The notes below the pieces were generated by a model. It was not told where the DNA came from, ran no database searches, and saw only the letters and a list, made by a program, of their open reading frames with translations. This document shows, piece by piece, positions 57,629 to 64,000 of a stretch of DNA of 64,000 bases. A program made the position numbers and the translations under genes. Each line of letters starts with the position of its first letter. The first letter of the stretch is position 1. Source of the DNA: an uncultured Gammaproteobacteria bacterium (lineage in GTDB: Bacteria > Patescibacteriota > Microgenomatia > UBA10105 > UBA927); the NCBI GenBank assembly GCA_964596355.1, contig CAZQTD010000001.1, positions 4,446 through 68,445 on the forward strand, read 5' to 3'.

Positions 57629-59080
57629 TCACTTTACAACAAGCACGGTTTTCAGCGCAATGTCGTGAGCCAATACGTGGCTGTTGGGATAATGACGCAG
57701 ACTCTCATAAAATCTAATTGTTTCAAGAGTAAATTGTTCACCCTGTATCGTTGTTGGGATTCCCGGTGGATACGGCGTGATATTTTCTGCGGATATTCTT
57801 CCCAGGGCATGTTTAAGCGGAATTTTTTCTATTTGGCTTTGCGGGAGCCGAGTTACTTTTCTTAATTCAAGATTTTTTGGCGTATTTTTGGGTATTTCTA
57901 ATGACGGTACAAACGATCCATTTCGTTTATTTCCGTGCGTTATTATAATTTTTTTGAGCGCTTCAACTGTGTGTTTTATGTGCCTCTCGGTTGTTTGAAA
58001 CGGAACCAAAAATAATATCGTTGGTGCATTATATTTCTCGACGATGATGTTATATTCCTTTTCGAGGAGTTTGGCGAGCGTAAACCCGGTGTAACCTGAC
58101 TTGGTAACGTCGAGGATGACTTTTGTGCCGTCGGCATCAAAGACCGCAGGCGAATTCTTTTGCACATCGGACAGCTTCACCGTACGGAAGCCTGGAATCG
58201 CATCAAGTTCTTTCGCAAGACTTTTGGCAATTTTAAGCGATCGATGGATGCTTTTTCTTCCGTGTTTTTCCAAATGTTTTCTGGCAGCATCGATGGAAGC
58301 GAGGAGAATGTAAGAAGGACTGGTTGTGGATAAATTCCTATATGAATCTAGCAGCAATCCAGTGTTTATCCGTTTTTCTTTCCAATGTATCATACTGGTT
58401 TGTTGAAGCGCCCCTCCTTGTTTGTGCGCGCTTTGGGTACAGATATCCGCTCCGCATTGCATGGCGGAAGGTGGCAAGCGGTTAGAAAAGGCAAGACGTG
58501 CGCCCCATGCCTCATCAACAAATACAATAAGCTCGGGGTTTATCTTTCGGGCAGATCGAATAAGAGTCTGTAGGTCGAGCGTGAATCCCTCATATGTTGG
58601 GTTGGTAATGAGCAGTACGTGGGGCTTTGTTGTTTTTATTGCCCGAACAATTTCTTGAAGCGGAGGAGGAAGATACATATGCAAATGAGGATCGATATAC
58701 GTGTTGGTAAAATGAAGGTTGATGCCGTAATCCTCACACGCATGAAGCACCGATTTGTGAATATTTCTAAGCGCGAGAATTCGTACGTTGGGTATTTGTC
58801 TTGCAAGTGTTCGCAATACAATGAAATTGCTTCCCGTGCAGCCGTTTACTGAAAATAGTGTCTTATCACTCCCATATGCCTTTGCGGCTCTTTTGTATGC
58901 TTCCAGAAACATTCCCGATGGCTCTGATGGAAAGCCTAATTCCTCATAGGATACGGACATATCGCTTGCGTAATAGTTTTTTACCTTTTCTAGGTTATTT
59001 TGTATCGAAGGAGTGCACCAGCGGATACACGCGACGGTCACGGTATTTAAAATATGAGTAATACTAGATTGTTTGTTCAT
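57629..59080 (-). CDS. Orn/Lys/Arg decarboxylase (PLP fold I)
   Basis: VNGCT, RNIHKS, TNPTYEG, VDEAWG, QSAHK, TTSPSY, PYPPGIP. Confidence 0.9.
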   Translation of the reverse strand: MNKQSSITHILNTVTVACIRWCTPSIQNNLEKVKNYYASDMSVSYEELGFPSEPSGMFLEAYKRAAKAYGSDKTLFSVNGCTGSNFIVLRTLARQIPNVRILALRNIHKSVLHACEDYGINLHFTNTYIDPHLHMYLPPPLQEIVRAIKTTKPHVLLITNPTYEGFTLDLQTLIRSARKINPELIVFVDEAWGARLAFSNRLPPSAMQCGADICTQSAHKQGGALQQTSMIHWKEKRINTGLLLDSYRNLSTTSPSYILLASIDAARKHLEKHGRKSIHRSLKIAKSLAKELDAIPGFRTVKLSDVQKNSPAVFDADGTKVILDVTKSGYTGFTLAKLLEKEYNIIVEKYNAPTILFLVPFQTTERHIKHTVEALKKIIITHGNKRNGSFVPSLEIPKNTPKNLELRKVTRLPQSQIEKIPLKHALGRISAENITPYPPGIPTTIQGEQFTLETIRFYESLRHYPNSHVLAHDIALKTVLVVK

Positions 59081-59420
59081 CGTAACGAATAACCGCTCTT
59101 TGGCAACGCCGGTGACAGGACCTATTTAAGATGTTGACGAATAGAGATGGGCGACGTTTGTATTTTCATAGTGCTGTTTTTTTATACGTAGTATGCTAGT
59201 GAAGCGCCGGCGTATTTGAGGTGGGAATTATTTCTACGCAAGTAGCGGAGACGACAATGACATTCATTTATCTAGTATAAAAGTCTTCTTTGAGGAAACA
59301 CAATGGGGTGGTATTATTAGAGGCCTTGATAGTGGCGGGTGGGAGGGGTAAATCATTTCAGAAAAGTTCAAATATGTATACGTTACTGAAATGGAACATT
59401 ATTTTTGATATCATGCGTTC

Positions 59421-59759
59421 ATGATAAAACCAATTGTATCCTTCGACGATTTTGCCAAACTCGATCTTATTGTGGGGAAGGTGATAGACGTCTTTGATGT
59501 CGATGGTAGCGAAAAACTATACAGGATGACCGTTGACTTTGGTTCCGTGTACGGAGAGCGTACAATTTTTGCGGGGCTCAAGCCATGGTACAAAAAATCA
59601 CAGCTAAAAGAAAAACAATTTGTATTCGCTGCAAATTTGGCTCCGCGTAAAATGCCAGGCGGCGAAAGCCAAGGGATGATGCTGGCGGTTGATTCCGATG
59701 AAAAGCCGCTTCTTCTTCCCGCGTCTAAGGGCGCCGTACCAGGCGCAAGACTTCGTTGA
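59421..59759 (+). CDS. tRNA-binding OB domain (MetG-C/CsaA/Trbp111)
   Basis: FDDFAKLDL.VG, NLAPRKM..ESQGM.LA, PGA. Confidence 0.88.
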   Translation: MIKPIVSFDDFAKLDLIVGKVIDVFDVDGSEKLYRMTVDFGSVYGERTIFAGLKPWYKKSQLKEKQFVFAANLAPRKMPGGESQGMMLAVDSDEKPLLLPASKGAVPGARLR

Positions 59760-59805
59760 CCCACATTTTGACAAGTTTGTACAAATTGTACCAAGCTGGC
59801 CATAT

Positions 59806-60065
59806 ATGGCAGAACCTACCAGCTATTCGGTGGCAGAAGCGCGCAGCGCATTTGCGGATATCTTAAACCGCGTGGCGTATTCCGGTGAAATTGTCACGAT
59901 CGTCAAATACGGTGAGCCGGTGGCACGCATAACGCCGATTATTCCAAAAATCAGCCAGGAAACGATCAATGCCTATTTTGGGATGTGGAAAGATAAGCCG
60001 TGGGCACGGGATATCGGTAAACCGTCACGAAGATTCCGCAAAGGAAGAACCGCCTCTTTCAGTGA
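59806..60065 (+). pseudogene. Phd/YefM antitoxin; the expected GTGA-overlap stop is out of frame and the ORF reads on to 60228
   Basis: 'SVAEARSAFADILNRV...VTIVKYGEPVARITP'. Confidence 0.65.
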
Positions 60066-60464
60066 ATTACATTATCGATACCAGTACCATTATCGATTTT
60101 CTTCGCGGTCACGAAGATGCGAAGATCCTCATGAAGTCAATTTCATCGAAAGGAATAGTAGGAATAAGCGTGATCACGTACGGAGAATTGTTATACGGAG
60201 CTTATCGATCCGGAGACTTTTCGCGTGAACATCCAAAGTTTATACAATTTCTCACTGATTTTTTCTATTGCCATAGTTCCGCTTTCTGCCGATGTGATGA
60301 CCGTCTATGCACAGGTAAAATATATACGTGAACGCAAGGGAACAAAGCTGGATGCATTTGATCTTTTAATCGGAGCCACGAGCGTCGCACATCATTGCTT
60401 ATAAGTCACTCATAATGCCCGACATTTTCAGAGATTTCCGCACATTACGCTTTATAGGCAGTAG
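60062..60464 (+). pseudogene. vapC: VapC (PIN) toxin pseudogene
   Basis: 'YIIDTS.IIDFLRG...TYGEL.YG'; frameshift at the T-run near 60260; then 'FDLLIGAT...L*VTHNARHFQRF' with a premature TAA. Confidence 0.85.
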
Positions 60465-60688
60465 CGCATATTACGTCTCACGTATCGCGGTTACGCCGCT
60501 TAGGAAAAAGAGGAGCCCTCCGATGCTTTTAAGCCCAAACGACCGGCTTAAGAGCATGATGGGAAGCGCCGCGCCCACAATGCTTAAGTATGGCATAAAA
60601 CCGAGACGCGGCTGATAACCCCTGATCGCCGCTCCGCTGGCGAATCAAGTGCATGAAGGGTGAGTTCGTGGTATACTTGAGCATTGTT

Positions 60689-62590
60689 ATGGCGCAAAAA
60701 CTCTCGATGAGAATGCCGAAGAAAGGCAACGGCAGAAACGGCAAAAAGCCGGTAAAAATGTGGATGTTTCAGATGAATTTGAACCTCAAAAACATCGTTA
60801 TTGGGCTTTTTGTCGTCTTTCTTCTTCTTTCACTCCTCGGCAGTATCGGCGGCAGCGATCGGATGCTTCCAGACAAGCCGTTGTCAACGGTGATTTCTGA
60901 AATTAAAGAGAACAAGGTTAAGAAGGTTGAAGTGGAAGAGGGAAAGCTGTGGATTGAATACAAGGGCGGCGACAAAGCCGTTTCCCACAAAGAGCCGCAG
61001 GAGTCGTTTATAAAAGTTCTTGAGTCTGCGGGCGTGGATCCCAAGATGGTTGAGATTACCGTTAAAGACGTAAGCGTCGCTGCCGTGTGGCTGGGGATTA
61101 TCTCAAATGTTTTGCCGTTGGTTCTCACGGTTCTTTTCTTCCTTTTTATTTTCCGCCAAGCGCGCGGCGCGCAGGACAATATCTTTAGCTTTGGTCAAAG
61201 TAGAGCGCGGATTTTTAATAAAGACCTTCCGAAAGTAACATTTGCCGATGTGGCAGGTGTGGATGAAGCGAAAAAAGAGCTGGAAGAGGTCGTGGACTTT
61301 TTGAAAAATCCGGCGAAGTACAAGGCTCTCGGCGCAAGAACGCCAAAAGGCGTCATTCTTGTGGGCCCAAGCGGCACGGGAAAGACGCTCCTTGCGAAAG
61401 CGATGGCGGGGGAAGCGAGAACCGCGTTTTACAGCATTGCCGGCAGTGAGTTCATGGAGATGCTCGTTGGCGTGGGAGCTGCGCGCGTACGCGACTTATT
61501 TGCTCAAGCCAAAAAGAATGCGCCGTCGATTATTTTCATTGATGAAATTGATGCCATCGGCAGGATGCGCAGTGTCGGCATTATGGGCGGTCACGACGAG
61601 CGCGAACAGACGCTTAATCAGATTTTGGTTGAAATGGACGGATTTGAGCCAAACACGGCTGTTTTGATTGTCGCGGCGACCAACAGAGGAGATCTTCTTG
61701 ACCCGGCGCTTCTACGGCCCGGCAGATTTGACCGGAGGGTGGTTCTTGATCTGCCGGATATGGAAGGGAGGAAAGCGATCCTTGCCATTCACGCGCGCGG
61801 CAAACCGTTTGCCAGCAGCGTCGATTGGGTGAAAGTCGCCAAGCGAACCGTCGGATTTTCCGGGGCGGATTTGGAAAATATGCTCAATGAAGCTGCCATA
61901 CTGGCGGCCCGAGGTGGAAAGAAAGAAATAGACTTTAAGGACATTGAAGAAGCGGCGACGAAAGTGAAGCTCGGGCCGGAGAAAAAGCGGCTTCAAAGCG
62001 ATATGGATAGGAAAATGACCGCCTATCACGAAGCAGGACACGCGGTTGTCACCTATTTTTCGCCAAACATGGATCCGGTACATCGCATCAGCATTGTCTC
62101 CCGCGGCATGGCGTTGGGCTATACGCTGACGCCGCCGGAAAAAGACCGGCTCCACGAAACGAAGTCACACTTGATTGATCAGATTGCTACGATGATGGGA
62201 GGGAGAGCAGCAGAGCAGCTTGTTTTTAACGAGATGACCAGCGGAGCGGCGAACGACATCGATCAAGCCACGAGAGTGGCGCGCTACATGGTCATAGAAT
62301 TCGGCATGAGCGAGTTGGGGCCTATCAACTTCGGCCCGCAGATGGATATCACCGAGTGGGGCAAAAGCTTTATGGAGCAAAATCCAGTGTCACAGGAGAT
62401 GCTAGGGGCAATTGACCGCGAGGTGAAAAGATTTCTCGATGAGGGATACGCAAAGGCGTTGGCGCTTCTTAAAAAACATCGCAAGAAACTGGACATGGTG
62501 GCAGAAGAGCTCGTTGCGAAAGAAACGATCGAAGGGGAAGAGTTCGAAGCCATCATGGGCGGCCCGAAATCCAGCATGGCCGGATCATAA
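60689..62590 (+). CDS. ftsH: ATP-dependent zinc metalloprotease
   Basis: 2 TM, GPSGTGKT, FIDEID, RPGRFDR, HEAGH. Confidence 0.98.
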   Translation: MAQKLSMRMPKKGNGRNGKKPVKMWMFQMNLNLKNIVIGLFVVFLLLSLLGSIGGSDRMLPDKPLSTVISEIKENKVKKVEVEEGKLWIEYKGGDKAVSHKEPQESFIKVLESAGVDPKMVEITVKDVSVAAVWLGIISNVLPLVLTVLFFLFIFRQARGAQDNIFSFGQSRARIFNKDLPKVTFADVAGVDEAKKELEEVVDFLKNPAKYKALGARTPKGVILVGPSGTGKTLLAKAMAGEARTAFYSIAGSEFMEMLVGVGAARVRDLFAQAKKNAPSIIFIDEIDAIGRMRSVGIMGGHDEREQTLNQILVEMDGFEPNTAVLIVAATNRGDLLDPALLRPGRFDRRVVLDLPDMEGRKAILAIHARGKPFASSVDWVKVAKRTVGFSGADLENMLNEAAILAARGGKKEIDFKDIEEAATKVKLGPEKKRLQSDMDRKMTAYHEAGHAVVTYFSPNMDPVHRISIVSRGMALGYTLTPPEKDRLHETKSHLIDQIATMMGGRAAEQLVFNEMTSGAANDIDQATRVARYMVIEFGMSELGPINFGPQMDITEWGKSFMEQNPVSQEMLGAIDREVKRFLDEGYAKALALLKKHRKKLDMVAEELVAKETIEGEEFEAIMGGPKSSMAGS

Positions 62591-62593
62591 TCC

Positions 62594-63601
62594 ATGAATC
62601 GCTTGGTCCTCATTGACGGTAACGCCATTCTCCATCGCGCGTACCATGCGCTGCCGCCGTTGACTGCTCCGGATGGATCGCTTGTCAACGCTGTCTATGG
62701 CTTTACCTCGATGCTTTGTAAGATATTTCATGATTTCAAGCCGACGCATATCGCCGTTGCGTTTGATCGGCCCAAGCCTACGTTTCGCAAGCAACTGTTT
62801 ACTGCCTATCAGGCGACGAGACCCAAAATGGATGAGGAACTTGCGGGGCAAATAGAGAAGGTTCACGACGTGATCCGCGCGTTCGGCATTCCCATTTTTG
62901 AGAAGGACGGCTACGAGGCAGACGATGTGATCGGGACGTTAGCACGAAGGGCAACAGGTCATAAGCAAAAACAGATACGTAAGGCCAAAAACGTATCTTC
63001 GCCGATTGACCAGGCGGTTATCGTCACCGGAGATCGAGATATCTTACAGCTTGTTGACGACAGAACATTCGTCTACATGCCAACCAAGGGGTTGTCCGAA
63101 GGGACGCTTTATATGGAAAAGGACGTTGAAGAAACAATGGGAGTAGCCCCCGGACACATACCAGACCTCAAAGCTCTTATGGGGGATAGTTCTGATAATT
63201 ATCCAGGAGTTGCCGGTATTGGCCCAAAAACCGCGGTGAGTTTGCTGAAAGAATTTGGGAGTGTGAGCAGGCTCTACGAGCAGGGGAAGAAGGGACACTG
63301 GGGCAATCTTGGAGAAAGAGTAAAAGAAAAACTTATTGCCGGCGAACAAAGCGCAAGGCTTTCCAAAGATCTCGCGACGATCCGCTGCGATGTGCCTATC
63401 GAAGGAGAACTGAAAGAAATACCGTCGCTTGATACGCCCAAGGCGCGCGAGATGCTCATTGCTCTCCATTTCCACTCGCTTGTGAAACGATTACGCGCAG
63501 AGAATCAGGAAAAGGGTAAAACGAACAACCACCCGCGGCCGCAAAACACCGTCGGCGAAAAGAAAACCTCGCCATCCAGCCAACAGCAACAGTTATTTTA
63601 G
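62594..63601 (+). CDS. Stand-alone 5'-3' exonuclease (Pol I N-terminal domain)
   Basis: LIDGNAILHRAYHA, EADDVIGTL, TGDRD, GDSSDNYPGVAGIGPKTA; no polymerase domain. Confidence 0.92.
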   Translation: MNRLVLIDGNAILHRAYHALPPLTAPDGSLVNAVYGFTSMLCKIFHDFKPTHIAVAFDRPKPTFRKQLFTAYQATRPKMDEELAGQIEKVHDVIRAFGIPIFEKDGYEADDVIGTLARRATGHKQKQIRKAKNVSSPIDQAVIVTGDRDILQLVDDRTFVYMPTKGLSEGTLYMEKDVEETMGVAPGHIPDLKALMGDSSDNYPGVAGIGPKTAVSLLKEFGSVSRLYEQGKKGHWGNLGERVKEKLIAGEQSARLSKDLATIRCDVPIEGELKEIPSLDTPKAREMLIALHFHSLVKRLRAENQEKGKTNNHPRPQNTVGEKKTSPSSQQQQLF

Positions 63602-63604
63602 GCT

Positions 63605-64000
63605 ATGAACATTGCGATAGTTCACGATTATCTTCGAGAATACGGCGGGGCGGAACGAGTGGTGGAGGCCATGCATGAATTGTGGCCGGACGCGCCGCTT
63701 TTTACGTCCTTCGTCGATTGGAAAAATCTGGGAGAGCAGGGGAAAAGGTTTAAGAATTGGGATATTCGGACAAGCTGGGTGCAAAACAATTGGTTTGTCA
63801 AACGGTTCCACTCGCCGCTTCGATTTTTGGCTCCGAACATTTGGGAAAGCTTTGACCTTTCCGGTTATGATGTCGTGATTTCATCGAGCGGGTGGTTTAT
63901 GTGCCGCGGTGTCGCCAACAGACAACAAACAACAAAGAACACACAACTTCACGTCTGTTACATCCACCACCCGCCGCGGAATCTGTATGGGTACGCAACA
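63605..64000 (+). CDS. GT4-family glycosyltransferase, partial (runs off the window end)
   Basis: MNIAIVHDYLREYGGAERVV..., 'FDLSGYDVVISSS', 'HVCYIHHPPR'. Confidence 0.85.
   Translation, partial: MNIAIVHDYLREYGGAERVVEAMHELWPDAPLFTSFVDWKNLGEQGKRFKNWDIRTSWVQNNWFVKRFHSPLRFLAPNIWESFDLSGYDVVISSSGWFMCRGVANRQQTTKNTQLHVCYIHHPPRNLYGYAT

Noticed and set aside
60520-60600. Further copies of the GCTTAAGC palindrome core upstream of ftsH
   Set aside because: Only short partial matches such as ATGCTTAAGTATG, without the TCTTGA arms; could be chance
62594-63601. Broken polA
   Set aside because: Ends with a normal stop and is followed 3 nt later by an unrelated gene; stand-alone 5'-3' exonucleases are a known family
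1-64000. Alternative genetic code (TGA=Gly as in Gracilibacteria/Absconditabacteria)
   Set aside because: Conserved genes are full length under code 11 and several end at TGA

Overview
The window looks like the origin-proximal chromosome of a Patescibacteria (CPR) bacterium, most likely Microgenomates. This is inferred from gene content and style; the genetic code is the standard code 11. Left to right it holds an archaeal-type upper mevalonate operon (HMG-CoA reductase, HMG-CoA synthase, thiolase, DUF35, mevalonate kinase) behind an ECF sigma factor. Next comes a divergent array of six VirB2/TrbC-like pilins plus VirB6-like, VirD4-like, PrgI, VirB4 and M23-peptidase genes. This is the CPR-type T4SS-like locus, interrupted by an AT-richer orphan of about 1135 aa, a PaaX/Cas2-like gene, nadD and a four-helix-bundle gene. 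Then follow dnaN-oriC-dnaA-rpmH-rnpA-yidD-yidC-jag, envelope genes, rplY, nth, epmA-yggS-efp, valS, a Xer-like recombinase, two tRNA(CAT) genes and trpS. The right end has a two-component module, an AT-rich decarboxylase/EamA/DUF2156 island, a decayed Phd-VapC pair, ftsH, a stand-alone 5'-3' exonuclease and a partial glycosyltransferase. Two unexplained signals stand out. (1) Degenerate 7-8-nt periodic repeats form inverted arms around the four-helix-bundle (23S-IVP/Avd-like) gene. They also occur as cargo-less inverted arrays at operon junctions and in frame inside housekeeping proteins, with an identical 14-mer in two genes 62 kb apart. (2) Three copies of a 38-40-bp palindrome, one chimeric, bracket the orphan PaaX/Cas2-like gene, and other solitary perfect palindromes occur elsewhere. 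All calls come from reading motifs by eye; no database searches were run.
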